A stretch of DNA of 64,000 bases, taken from the human T2T-CHM13v2.0 reference genome, Homo sapiens. Of the stretch, positions 14,533-28,406 are shown piece after piece. Position numbers and translations under genes: made by a program. The notes below the pieces were generated by a model. The model did no database searches. It was not told the DNA's origin and saw only the letters and a list, made by a program, of their open reading frames with translations. Position 1 is the first letter of the stretch, and each line of letters begins with the position of its first letter. The DNA lies in NCBI RefSeq assembly GCF_009914755.1, contig NC_060933.1. One strand, written 5' to 3'.

Positions 14533-15378
14533 CTATGTAGTAAAGAACTACAAAGAAAAACATGTAGTATATTAGAGAATAAGAATTTGGAGAAAAATCA
14601 ACCAGGGAAAAGAGAGGAGGTTCAATTTGGAATAGAATTGCCAGGTAAGGCCTGCTGCAAAAGTGACATTTGGGTAGAAGCCTAAGCGGGTGAAGGTATC
14701 TGAGGAAAAGTGCCTCAGGGAGAGAGAGAACAGCGTGTATAGGGGCTCTGAGATGGGAGAGGGCCTGTGTTTGAGGAAGGGTAAGGAGTGAGAATGACTG
14801 GAGTGAGAGTCATTCTCAGAGTTGTGGGGGCCATGGTCAGCTGAGCTGTGGGCATCAGTCATGTGATGCTCTCTAGACCACTGCAGGGCTGTGGCTATGC
14901 CTTGAATGAGATGGGACCCCTTAGAGAAGTTTGGAGAGGGTGAGTGATGGAGCAGACCTGTATTTTAAAAGGCTCCATCTGCTTGCTGGAGATGGATAAG
15001 AATAGACTGGGGGTGGGGAAGGAAGGGAAGGGAGGAGATCCATTAGTAGGTTGCTGCCATAATCGAGGTGAGAGGTGATGGCTTGGACCAGGGTGGAGGG
15101 GAGAAGTGAGAACTAATTGAATTTGGGCATATTTTGAAAGTGCAGCAGGATGACATGACAAATTACTTACAGTTATGTGAGAAAGAGTAGAATCAGGGTG
15201 ACTCTAGGTTTCGGTTTTTAACCAGTTTGATGGATGGAGTTGGCATTTCCTAAGATGGGGAAGAATGTGGGAAGAACAAGTTTGGGGCAGGGCATGGGAA
15301 GAGGTCAGTCTCGGACAAGTTAAGTTTGAGATGTCTGTTAGATGTGCGAGGGCAAATGTTAAGAATCAGTTGCATGTA

Positions 15379-15897
<519 letters not shown>

Positions 15898-16258
15898 TCA
15901 CAGGTTGGAGAAATGAGTAGGAGGCTGAGAAGGGGCAGCCAGAGGGAAGAAGAGTCGGAAGTGCTGGAAGCTGAAGGAAAAGGGCTTTCCAGGAGGAAAG
16001 AGTGATCGCTGGGTTACGTGCTGCTTATTGGTCGAGTGGCATGGAAACAAAGATGTGATCATTGGATTCGTCAGGTCAGGTCACTGAAGGGGTTGACAGG
16101 ACAGTTTTGGTGGGGGTTGGGGGCAACAGTCAGAATGGAGAAGAGAAGTTTTGGAAGGAATATTGGTACAGAGGGCAACAGAATGAGGAGAGAGCCGAAA
16201 GGAAATGCAAGGTCCAAGAAGGGAGAGTATTTTGTCAAAGCAAAAAATTGCACCTGAC

Positions 16259-16488
16259 AGCCGGGTGCGGTGGCTCACGCCTGTAATCCTAGCACTTTGG
16301 GAGGCAGAGGCGGGCAGATCACTTGAGGTCAGGAGTTCAAGACCATCCTGGCCAACGTGATGAAATCTCGTCTCTACTAAAAATACAAAAATTAGCCAGA
16401 AATCGCTTGAACCTAGAAGGCAGAGGTTGCAGTGAGCTGAGATCATGCCACTGCACTCCATCCTGGGCAACAGAGTGAGACTCTGTCT

Positions 16489-16539
<51 letters not shown>
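16259..16539 (+). mobile_element. AluS with a right-arm internal deletion and A50 tail
   Basis: attagcc joins directly to agaaatcgcttgaacc; 50 consecutive A at 16490-16539. Confidence 0.92.
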
Positions 16540-16540
<1 letters not shown>

Positions 16541-16859
16541 ATAAAAAAACTCTACCTGACAAAGTTAAACAGGCATGGAAGATTTTATTTAAGGCTGTTG
16601 CGCTAGGGAAGAGAGGTCTGAACTCAACTCTGCTGAAGCAGGGGGTGGTAGGGTTTTTAAGGGCTGGGGTGAGTGAGTGAGAGATAATAGGCCATTTGTG
16701 TTTGCAAATTGGCTTTCCCCAAAGGAAAAGTAAACTCCTCCATCTTTAGGACAAGAAATAGTTTGAGGACTTGGATCAAGGTGCCCAATGAAGTTAGGTT
16801 CCTACCTTCCCACAGAAACAGGGAAATAGGTGTGCTATCTCCTTTGATGATTTAATTTC

Positions 16860-16932
16860 TTTTTTCTTTTCTTTTTTTTAAAAATATTCTCAAATGTAAA
16901 ACTTTTAATTTAAAAGTAAACTTTAATGTCAA
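16860..16932 (-). mobile_element. Short 5'-truncated polyadenylated retroinsertion, probably an SVA2 3' end
   Basis: T-rich head, antisense ATTAAA, 15-bp TSD tgatgat(t/g)t(a/c)atttc; sequence resembles the recalled SVA2 3' unique region. Confidence 0.55.
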
Positions 16933-17072
16933 TGATGATGTCATTTCAAAGAGATGGTTCCTGGGCCCTTGAGAAAGACATTCTTGGATCGTAAAAACCA
17001 GCAAGAGGCTTTCGAAAAGATTTGTGTAGGTTTATGTACACTTCAAATGGGCAGAGAAAAAATTGACAGTTA

Positions 17073-17422
<350 letters not shown>

Positions 17423-19805
17423 TTAGTAATTAGTTGTATCTGATCTGTTGTAATGCATGTCTACAGTTAGGAACTGTGAGGGACCAGAGTCAGGAAGAAG
17501 CTTGTGTAAAGTTTAGTTAAGCTGAGGGGAGTGTTAAGGCCATCTTGATTATTTATAAAACAGGTACCATCTTTATTTAAAATTTCTGATGTCTGTGGGG
17601 TAATCATGACTCTTTCCCAGCAGCCTCCTTTTGGCTGTGCCTTAACCATCGTCTGAAGCGTTGCCCCCATCTTTCTTCAGCTGTTCCTTCCTCTTCGATT
17701 TCCTTTCAGTCTCCACCCCTCATCCCAACACAGCTTTCTTCTCATCTTCTCTGTGGGACTCTGCCTGACATTTACCTCCCATAGAATCAATGGCTGCCTC
17801 CTCTGTGGGCCCCTAGAGTCTATACTTCTTTTATGGCACTGTCTCAGTTTTTATGGGCTTCAGTTGATTGAGTTCCTCAAGGGCATAAGCGTATCTTATT
17901 CATCTTAGTGGTTCTACCTGAAGAGTGATGTTGGGCTCCTGGTAATCACATGGGATAGGGTATCACGTATATAATCTTGGTAAATTAGAGGATCTGTCAT
18001 TCTTTCCTCCTAAAGTATAGATCTGATCAACTGGGAAAAAGCATAGAGTATTTTCTTTATAATATTTGGCAGGCTATGCACTAGTGTTTATACTGAGTAA
18101 AGGTCTTACAGCAGTTTCCACTGCCTAAGAAGTATGTGTGGCATAAATGGGAATAATTGCCCATGTTTCTGCTTAATGGCAAGAAGTTGATTTTGAGTAT
18201 GTAAGCCCTACTAGGAATATATTTAATAATTCTGCCACTGTGTAATATACTTGTTGAGCTCTCATCTGACTATGAGGCCTCACTCACCATATGACTTCTG
18301 AGTAAAGCAGTTCATAAGCCATTCCTATTTTAGATTGTATGGAGATACTTATGGAGAGTCAGCACCAGTCAGCTTCTATTCCCAAACTGCATGAAATGAA
18401 GAGAACTACAGATTGACAAGTTGGTTTAATATCAACTTAAGAGAGGACTTCAACTACCAAGTGGCTGGATGGATTAAGTAATATAGTATTTCAGAGGCTT
18501 AATGGGTTTTGGTTTTGCAGAAGGTTTCATGGGGTATGAGGCTTTAGGGTTCAACTTTGGAGCCAACAAAAAGAGCTGATACTTTTACCTGTAATTGTGC
18601 TGGGGGGCTCCCTCTGATTATAGCTTTAGACCTTTGAATGGGGCTGGAGAAGGGAAAAAAGACTTTAGAATTAGCAGAAGAAAATGAACATGAAGACAAA
18701 AACCAATAAGTGGTCACGGAGCTGCCAAGAGTGAAGGCAGTAACGAGGCAGAATTAGTTCTTACTGACAACTTGAAATTGCCTGGAACATTATAAAAATC
18801 AATCAGTCTGTTAAAAGCAGACTCACAGTGACCACTGGATGGTGTGATGTTTGCAATTTGTCTGGACACAAATTTAGAGAAGCCAGCAGAGATGTAGCCT
18901 AATACCTAGCTTCTGGCTGGCACAAAGCTTTTGAAGAGAAGTCTCAAAATTAGCTTCAACCAGGGTTATTTTTCTCCAGCAATCTTAAAGTCAGTAGAAC
19001 TGAAATTAGTTGATTACTCATTTCTCCAACTCTAATAGCTATTGTCATTTTTCTGTAATTACAGTGTACTATAAAAATATGTATTTTAATGTTCCTTTTT
19101 GGGTTGAATATTCCTTTATGGATTATCTTTCTCTCCTATTGTTGTAACCCTCAAAATTTTGAGTTTGAATAAAGAAAAACACTAAACTACTGAATTCATT
19201 CTTTGAACAGAAGTGATGGGTGCAGAACAACATATAGAAGCTTGTCAAGGAGTATTTCTGCCTCTCCAGAAAGAGGCAGATGCACAAACCTGCAATTAAA
19301 ACAGGACAGAATAGGTGCAGAGTGAAATATGTCTGATCATATTGGGGCAATAATCAAGTCTTGGCATGGCAGGAATTGTCTCGTTCGTTAACTGTATCCC
19401 CAGAGCCTGTCACATAGATGGAGCTTTGTCAAATGGTTTTAATAAAAAAGCTCCCAAGTAGGTAGATGGGTTGAAGAAAGGGATTTCTAGACATGGGGAA
19501 AAGCAAGTGCAAAGTCTCAAGTGTATGAACCAGACTTCAGGTATTACATGATGACTGGGTTGGTAAGGGATGCAGGTGGTCAATGTGCCAGTTGAGATGG
19601 TTTCAGACTTTTAGGCCAAAAGTCAAAGGGAGCCCTCTGAAGGTTGGGTGCAGGTTTCTGCACACAGCAGGTACTCTCAAGTGTTTACCACCTGACCAAA
19701 TGAGCAAATGGAAGGACTTCAAGCCAGGGAGTACCCTGGTTAGACTGACATCTTAGATTTCTCCTGCCACTGTGGGAAATGGTCTGGAAGGGGGGTTAGT
19801 CTGGA

Positions 19806-19980
19806 ATAGGATTCTCAACTGGAGGTATTTTCCTTCCCAAGGGACATTTGGCAATGTCTGGAGATTTTAGGTTGTTACAACTTGGAGGTTTTTACTGGCA
19901 TCTAGTGTGTAGAAGCCAAGGATGCTGGTGAACATCTCATAAAGCACAGGACAGCCCCCTTCACGCATCAAAAAATTAGT
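19806..19980. mobile_element. MER20
   Basis: gggacatttggcaatgtctggaga...ctggcatctagtg...gcacaggacagcccc. Confidence 0.85.
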
Positions 19981-20443
19981 ACAATGAAAAAGACATTAGC
20001 AAGTACACAATGTTGCAAGTGTACTTAAACTGCTACTGAAATGGACAGAGAAAAGGTAGTTTCTTCAGTCTGCCTAGAACTGATCTGATATTCAAGAGTT
20101 GCCACTTACTGATGAGAAGGAAAAAATTTAATGATATTTAGTTTAATGCAGTTTAGAACTTAGTATGATCTAATAATTGTAAAAGGCCCCTTCAGAGGGC
20201 GATCTGTATTTTGGGAATAATGGTACAGGCTTTTTTATGGCAATACTCTCTCCTCCCCACCTTGATCTTCTCCAAGTTAATGTCTGAGTTTATGGGTGGA
20301 GGCAGAGGGTGGCTCATGGAACCTTGTATGACCTCGTGGAGTCTGAAAAGTTCTTTGAGAAGCCTGAAAACTTCATTTATTTGAAGAGCTCAGGGGCCAC
20401 TCTTGGGTGGAAGGAACTGACATTCTATGTTTTTCAACCCAGA

Positions 20444-20454
20444 GTGACTCAGCA
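20444..20454 (+). promoter_or_regulatory. ARE/CNC-sMAF (NRF2/BACH/NF-E2) consensus site
   Basis: GTGACTCAGCA followed by an AT-rich flank, in non-repeat sequence. Confidence 0.35.
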
Positions 20455-21129
20455 ATATTATTTTTAGGTTTACATATTTGGGTTCTCTGTAAGATTTTTT
20501 GAGAAGAGGCTCGTTCTGCTAAACATACTTGAATCCACTGATCTGAAATGCCTTCAGGGCCGCCTACACTGGAATGTGAATTATAGGCTTAGATCAGTGT
20601 CCTGTGACACATAAGGCATTTTTATGGGTATCATGATATTTGTTTCTAGGTTTTGATGCTGACAATTGAGCTGCCCAAACCTTTTAGTCATGTCCAATTT
20701 TGTCATAGATGTGAATAAAATCTTTCTATCATGGTCAATATGTTCCTTACAAATGCAGCAATTTCTCATTGAAAACTGTTCTCTTAAGGGAACATAATAG
20801 ATTTCATGGCTCCTAGTGAAAAGGGAAGGTGCTAACTAGCCATGTGGCTCAAAGTACACCATTATAGTAACCACTACTTCCTTTTAAGGTCTTACAGCCT
20901 TAAAATTCCCTTTTAATACTAATAAAAAGAAATTTTCACACTTGTTCTATGAACAAAGTTTCTTTAGTAATTCTGATGGTATTGCTTGAGTCTTTTCAGT
21001 CTAATAACTTTTCCCTCTTCTCCTGTTTCACCCATGAGGTTAGAGTACTATTAGATATGAGAAGGGTAGAACAGGGCTGAAAAGGGCTTGTGATATAAAG
21101 CACTAATAATAATAATGCCAATTATTATG

Positions 21130-21350
21130 AGTATAATAGCCACCAATACTTACTGAGTACTTATTATGATCTAAATTTTGCCCCAAGCATTTCCCACTTA
21201 TTAATTCTAATCCTCATCACAACACTGTAAGTGCTCAGACTGGAAACTGAGGCATTAAGAGGTTAAGCATCTATTAAAGGTCAACTTGGCTGGGCCTAAT
21301 TCAAACACAGGTGATCTGGTTCCCAAGTCCAAGTTCTTAACCAGCATGCC
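21130..21350 (-). mobile_element. MIR
   Basis: ttactgagtacttatta...ggaaactgaggc...gaggttaag. Confidence 0.75.
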
Positions 21351-21814
21351 TCATGAAGAATGTCGTTCTGTGTGTCAGTGTTAGGTTTTCCTGGCTGTGG
21401 ACTGATTGTTCTCTCTGCTTTAATGCTTTCTGCGTTAGGATCATCCATCTGCCTGCATCAGAAAAGCAGCTCATATCATCAGTGTACTCAAGCAAAGCTT
21501 TGGAACACTGAGATCCTTAAAAAGCAAGGCAAAGTATAGCCAGGCAGAGAGGTATATTTTGTGGGGGGTTTTGTGAAACTTCCTCTAGTACAGAATGTGT
21601 GGTAAGCTCCAGAATTCTTCCCATTTCTGGTCATCACTTTGTCATGGACTGTCTACTCTGGATTTGTGTGGCTCAGGGATGTGGGTCCAGCGGTGCATTT
21701 ACACACTCATTTAGCAAACACAGAGTCTGTGATGGGCATAGCACCATACCGGCAGTTAGACACAGGCTTACTTCTTTGTGAAGAACTTATAATAAATTTG
21801 ATAAGGAAGATGCA

Positions 21815-22010
21815 CAGTTATTAAGCACTAGATTTTTACTAGGTACTGTGCTTGGCATCTTATTTTGCCCCTCATTTGATTGTTCCAATACCTCTGGGAG
21901 GTTGGAATTATCCCCCATTTGATGGATGGAAAACTGGATTGCAGAGGGACCCAAGAAATTTGCTTAAAGTCACACAGTTAACAAAGGACAAGGCCAGGGA
22001 TCAAACCCTG
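21815..22010 (-). mobile_element. MIR
   Basis: ttatcccccatttgatggatggaaaactg...aagtcacacag. Confidence 0.7.
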
Positions 22011-22105
22011 GAGTAAATTTAAGAAAAAACGGTCAATTGTAATAAGATTTGCTTATTATGGTGGATCTCTCAGAATCCAAAGAAATGAAGGGCCAGTTAG
22101 TGCTG

Positions 22106-22380
22106 GAGAGCGGTGGTTTTCAAACCACTTTCCATGAAAAATTAGTTCCAAAGGATGTTCCTTCAGAGAAAAACCAAATACATAGTTCTATAGTCAAATT
22201 AACGGTAGGAGACATATCCCATTTTCTTCTTAGTGATTCACAATGTTCATTAGCATGTTGAGTCCCCCCTGCTGCAGAAATTCTGCAGAAGGAAAGTTTT
22301 TAGACTTTGTTTAATTCATCCAGTGCTTCTGAATTTGCTGAGCAATGGTGATCAGTAGAACACTAGCTTGGGAAATTGTG
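22106..22380. mobile_element. MER112-like hAT-Charlie relic
   Basis: gtggttttcaaac terminus; cacaatgttcattagcat; ttgggaaa terminus. Confidence 0.5.
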
Positions 22381-22579
22381 CTTTGAAGGAACAAAGCCTT
22401 AGGAGAGGCAAGGTTATGGATAACCTGCCACTGAATAAAGTATCATTTCATTTGTGACTGGAGCCCCTTCGGGCTATCTTGATTACTGAGACAGAAGGGA
22501 TCCAAGGCATGTAGTGTCAGCTTCCCTCTGCTTGAAGTGATTCTATCTGTAAAGTCACATTTGCTGCCTTAAAAAAAAA

Positions 22580-22960
22580 AAGCTTTAATTTTTTGTTACT
22601 TAATTCATAAATCATAAAATGCCCCTTGAAAGTATACAATTCAGTGGTTTTTTTAGTACATTCAAAAGGTTATACAGCCATCACACTAATTCCAGAGCAT
22701 TTGCATTACCCTCAAAAGAAACCCCATACCTATCAGCAGGCTTCATTCCACTTAATGGCAACCGTGAATCTACTTTCTGTCTCAGAATTTTCCTCTTTTC
22801 GACATCTCATATAAACAGAGTCACACAATATGTGGCTCTTAAAATGTCTAGCTTCTTTCACTTAGTGTAATGTTTTCAAGGTTTATCTACGTGGTAGTAC
22901 ATGTGAGTACTTCATTCCTTTTTATGGCTGAGTAATGTTCCATTGTATGTGTATACCATG
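22580..22960 (-). mobile_element. L1MB 3' fragment
   Basis: aagtatacaattcagtggttttttagtacattca...ttcattcctttttatggctgagtaat. Confidence 0.8.
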
Positions 22961-23808
22961 TGGCAATTGCAGTTTTGGAAAGCCAAGTTATATTAAGAAA
23001 GGACCAGTCTTATCCCTGACTGGGAAAGCATGTGAAGTGGACGACTGTGGTTTGTTGTGTGCCCTCTCTCTCACTTGAAGGCCCTATGGTTTTCGTTGAG
23101 TAACCTGATTCTCACGAAGAGCAGGTGAGTCTGGCCTGGCCCGGCCCATCAGAGGTTTGGTTCCAGTTCAGGCATGTGAGCCAAGCTAGAGTGTTGTTGG
23201 CTTCATCAGAAAAGAGGCCTGTTCCCTCGCTGGGGTCACTGCAATGCTAGTGTGCTAAGCTTTTGCCACCACTTGCAGAGAAGCTGCCTGAGAACAGACA
23301 TGACATAAAGGAATGCAGAGGTATTTGCAAACCTACCTAAAACAGTTTGATCAACTAAAACCCATGAGTTGTTTTTGATTAATAATTGTTGCCACTGAAA
23401 GGTTTAAGGTGGATAAGGTTAACTACGCTAACGTTGCTACTGGATTATAATAAGAGCAAGTCTCAAACAAATTCTATCATATAGGCAGACAGTTAATAAA
23501 TATTTTATTTCAAGCAAGAGCCAGTTAAACAAATTTGTTTTATTAGCTTTATGAATTTCAAAATCTCTATTCTTTTAGGTCTGCAATAGAGTCTGACTTC
23601 ACTTTTTTGATCTTTGCTGACAAATTACACTTCCATCTTCATTCTTTTCCTCCCGCCCTACATGTGAGCAAGCTGATGAGAAGGCCTGGGTGCTCCCTGC
23701 TTTGTTGGGGAGGGAGATTCAAATCACATGAGCCTCTTTGTGTGAACTCTCTCCCTGGCAGCAGTCCCTAATCACAATAAAAACCCAGGCCAGTCTCCTT
23801 TCTTTTTT

Positions 23809-24307
23809 TGTGATGATTGATTTTATATCAACTTGATTGGGCTAAGGAAGTCCAGGTGGCCAATAAAACATTTGTGAGTGTTTGTGAGGGTGTTCCTGGG
23901 GGAGATTATCAATTGAAACAATAGCTGAATAAATAAAATCTCATCAATATAGGTGGCCATTATCTAATCCATTAAGAGCCTAAATAGAACAAAAAGGCAA
24001 CTGAAGGGTGAATTCTCTCTTCTTGGTCTGGGAAGTCTATCTTCCCTTGCTCTCAGATGTGGACTACTGGTTCTCAGGCCTCTGACCTCAGAGACTGGGA
24101 GCTACACCATTGGCTCCTCTGATTCTCAGGCCTTTGGACTTGGACTGCATTGCATCACTAGCTTTGCTGGCTCTCCAGCTTGTAGAATGCATATCCTGAG
24201 ACTTCTTGGCTTTTATAATCATGTGAGCCAATTCCCATGATAAACCTCCTCTCTTATCTCTATATATCCTGTTGGTTCTGTTTTTCTGGAGATCCCTGGC
24301 TAATACA
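23809..24307 (+). mobile_element. MLT2B LTR (5' LTR of an ERVL)
   Basis: tgtgatgattgattttatatcaacttgattgggctaagg...ccctggctaataca. Confidence 0.85.
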
Positions 24308-26279
24308 GACTTTGGTATTGACAGTGGTTCTAGAGGAACATAATTTTAAGGATGAGAGTTCTGAATTGGTTGTGTGGTTTCTGAAATTGTCTCTCTAACG
24401 TGATTCAACTTAAATATGTTAGTGACTATTTTCAGAAATAAAAAGAGCACTGATAGTCCATGGCATGAACTGTTTATAGAGACATGCAAAACATCTACAT
24501 TGGGTACTCCTAATCAACCACTTATAAGAAGCAAGGAGCTAAGTAACTCTGTATATGATACTCTTGAACATTTTTGGAAAAGTAAGGAATATAATGACAT
24601 TGACTGTTTTCTCCTAACATTACTGGGCAAAGTGGTGAAAGAGAAGGATAAGCTTAAGGATTTGAATTTTTAGCACATATGCCACATAAATGACCTAAGG
24701 TCTGAGGGGAAAGCCTTGTTTCCTGGAGCTGCGGGGCTGAAATTGCCAAAAACCAAATGTAGGACCTTATCCTGTGACTGGCTGAATTACAGTGCAAGTT
24801 GAACTCCCAGCTTAGCAGGGTGACTACTGTTAAAGCGAGGTCATTGATTGGGCTTCTGTAAGTTAGGATAGGGAAATGTGGGAAGACTCTGTTGAAGCTG
24901 GGGGACATTGAGCCCCTCAATTCTGATGAGTCTTTTTTTTTGCCAGTAACAGTAGCCTCCTGCCTTCAGGGATTAACACAGCATTACCTGAGGAAATAGT
25001 AGTAATGGCTTCCTCTCAGACAGTTGCCATGCAAGAGGGTGCTAATTCTCCTCAGGACTTTCCCTGCTGGCCCCGTTGGCTTTAGATCTTTAACTAGACT
25101 CAATTAGACTTTTGTTCATTTGACCTGAAATTTTTCTGCTTATAGAGATCTCTTGAGAACTTATAGACTCAAGTTCCAGCAGTCACCTAAAGATAAGGTA
25201 CAAAGTATGACCCATGAGGAGGTATACTGTACTCCAAAAGAACTAGGTTTTCTAATTTATATAAGCATAAATAATTTCTAATTTATGGCATGTGTGAAAA
25301 TGAATATTAAGTGTGTGGGATATGGTGGAAGGAACATAAAGTTGGATCAGGATGAATTTATTGATGTGGGCCCACTAAGCAGAGACTTTGAATTTAATGT
25401 TACAGCTTGGGGAGCTAGAAAGGGCTCCGTTTGGCTGAAACATGGATCAAAAATTGGCCCACTGTGAGCTAATTGGATAATGTCCAATCTCTCTTGGTTT
25501 AATGTAGAGGAGGGGATTAAAAGGCTTGGGGAGATTAAAATGTTAGAGTAGATTTGTCATTTAAGACCTACCCACACTGGGAGGGTCCAGAAGATATAAC
25601 TTTCACCAATACTTTGAGAAATTAATTTGTGACGGGAGCCCAAGTATCACTGAAGAGCCTTGTGATCACTCTTTTCTGCAGGCCAGACTTTACCGGGGGA
25701 ACTACAGTCATTCACTTGGAAAGCTTAATACAGTGGGAGTGATTGGATCCTGGAGTGGCAGGGGCCAGCTGGTGACACACAACCACCAAAGGCAAAGTAG
25801 GTATAGTTACCAAAATGGACAGCGGAGTCAAAGTAGCATTCAGAGTAGTCCAATGTACACATATCTATGGCATGGCTAGTTAATAATCATGGTGTTCTTA
25901 GAAGTGAAATACATAGGAAGCCTATTACATTCTTGATCTCTATAAGCAGAAAAATTTCAGGTCAAATCAACAAAAGTCTAACTTGAATAATTAAAACAGT
26001 CATGGTCCTTCAGTAAATTCTAGGACTTGAACAAGTTTATAGACCCAGAACCCCTTGAATGAAGGAGAGACTGTGCCTACTTGAGGAAGGACCCTGACAC
26101 ACTATTGAAAACTCATACTGGTAATTACTCTCCCAGCCTTCCCCGGAAGGACTTGTGGCCTTTTACCATGGTAACTATGCACTGGGGAAAAAAACATAAT
26201 TAGAACTTTTGGGGAATACTGGCCACAGTCTCTGAAATGACATTGATTCTAGGAGACCCAAAACCTTACTGTGGTCCTT
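24308..26279 (+). pseudogene. ERVL (HERV-L/ERVL-B4) internal region: decayed gag and start of protease
   Basis: STDSPWHELF (24416-24673), GGRNIKLDQDEFIDVGPLSRD (25285-25467), degenerate protease motif ILATVSEMTLILGDP near 26215-26260; many stops and frameshifts. Confidence 0.85.
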
Positions 26280-26282
26280 TTA

Positions 26283-26468
26283 TCATATGAAGACATGGTG
26301 AGCAGGCATTGTCTATGAACCAAAAAGCTGGTCCTTATCAGATACTAAGTCTGCCAGTGCCTTGATCTTGGACTTCCCAGCCTCCAGAACTGTGAGTAAT
26401 AAATTTGTTGTTTATAAACCTCCCTGTTTATGGTATTTTTGCCATAGCAGCCTGTACAGGCTGAGATA
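26283..26468 (+). mobile_element. MaLR LTR 3' part (MLT1A/MSTD-like)
   Basis: gccttgatcttggacttcccagcctccagaactgtgag...tatggtattttt...gcagcc...ctgagata. Confidence 0.8.
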
Positions 26469-27026
26469 CTGTCTTTTCAAGCAGGTTCAAACAAGCCTGA
26501 GAGGCCTGCCCTGCTCTCCCTAGGGAACTCAATTATGGGTGGGTAGGGATGTGTGCTTGAGAGCATCATCAGTCTCCATATCTGAACCAAACTTTGGGTG
26601 TGGGTTTGTCCTGTGTCTGCAGAGTGGCCACATCAGTGTCTTTGCATGAAAGTTTCACTCGAGACAGAGATGATGGTATCCCAGAGGCAATTTCTTTTAC
26701 CTTAAGGTTAGCATGATACAACCAGAAATCCTCCAAACACATGGCTTGACACGTGATTGGTTAAAGATTAAGCACTGGAGACCAGCGCTAGGGGTAAAAG
26801 CTGTAGGTCTTGAGGAAATGATATACACAGTTCTTGCAAGAGGGAAGAGCCTCTCAAAACTACTTTGGCCAACCCACATATCTTGAATAGCCTTAATTTT
26901 ACCATTGAGAACCCATTCCTAACACCCATCATGCTACTTAACCAGCTAGCATTTTCTTAACACCTAAGGCTTTGCCAATTAACATAGTGATGATGGAGAT
27001 ATGGATAATAGAAGTATATAGAGTTA

Positions 27027-27410
<384 letters not shown>

Positions 27411-28406
27411 TTAATCAACATATGCATAATATTATGCTAAAACTCTTGAAAATTAAAGATCTTATAACACCTGCCTTCTGTAAAGAACCTGGATCCAGCT
27501 ATACCTGATGCTAGACCTTTATGTGAACTTTTCAGTTCTACAATTCAATCAATTTCTTTTGTTTTCACTTATGCTAGTATAAGTTGGGTTCCTGTCAGTT
27601 AAGTCGTGAAATATTTCTGAACAAAATAGAGTGCCAGAAATGTAGACTAGCTGCTCAGCAAGCCTGTACTTGTCCCTCCTACTCTGTTCAATTAAATGAT
27701 CTGATATTTGTATAATTTAATATTAAGGAAGACAGTAAAACCTCTTTCAGTATCCTAATTTAGGTCTAGTCCTTGCAGCCAGAAAATGCAAATCACATCT
27801 GCTTCAATTTAAGTATTGTTTTAAATTTCTAAGCTACCTTAGTGAAATCATCTTTCAGCTTTATTTCCCCCAAGCTAAACTTCATGGGTGGGCACTTTCT
27901 TGAACAGCCTTCCTAGAAGGTTTAAGCATTGGGACAAAAATGGAAAGCTTTGCTCAGCTTTAGACCACATGCTAGCAGCACAGTGGGTACTAGGATCTTT
28001 GAAAATGAAAATCATCACAAAAGAATGATACTTGTTTGTTTGCTTTATGCAAATCAGCATTTCCAGAGGACTCCAACATTTTAAAATCCAACTGAGGTTA
28101 AAAGCAACCAAAGTGCTTTGCCTGATAAATCTCTATCACTGCTCCAGGATGAAAACATGGTATTTTCCATTGGCTCTCTGCCGTTTTTGCCTCTTTAGGC
28201 TATTCAGACAGTGTTTATGGAGAGGAAGAAGAGCCGGAGTAGTTCAAAAGCCTCTAGACAAGGGAGTGTTTAGGCCCACTGGAATTTGCAGATGACCATT
28301 TCTGCAGTCACCCCCTTCAGATACCTAAATGCAAGGCACTGCATTCTGCACAGATGAGGAGATGGAGCCTGAGACAGATGTGTGTCATTGGACCTTACCC
28401 TCTAGT

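Larger units (their letters stand above)
23620..26632 (+). mobile_element. MER54-like LTR split into about 23620-23802 and 26469-26632 by an ERVL insertion
   Basis: caagctgatgagaaggcctgggtgctccct...ccagtctcctttc resumes as tcaagc...aggcctgccctgctctccc...catcatcagtctc. Confidence 0.6.

Noticed and set aside
24416-25467. Domesticated ERVL gag (Fv1-like) gene
   Set aside because: Broken by stops, frameshifts and an insertion; the longest sense fragment is 85 aa
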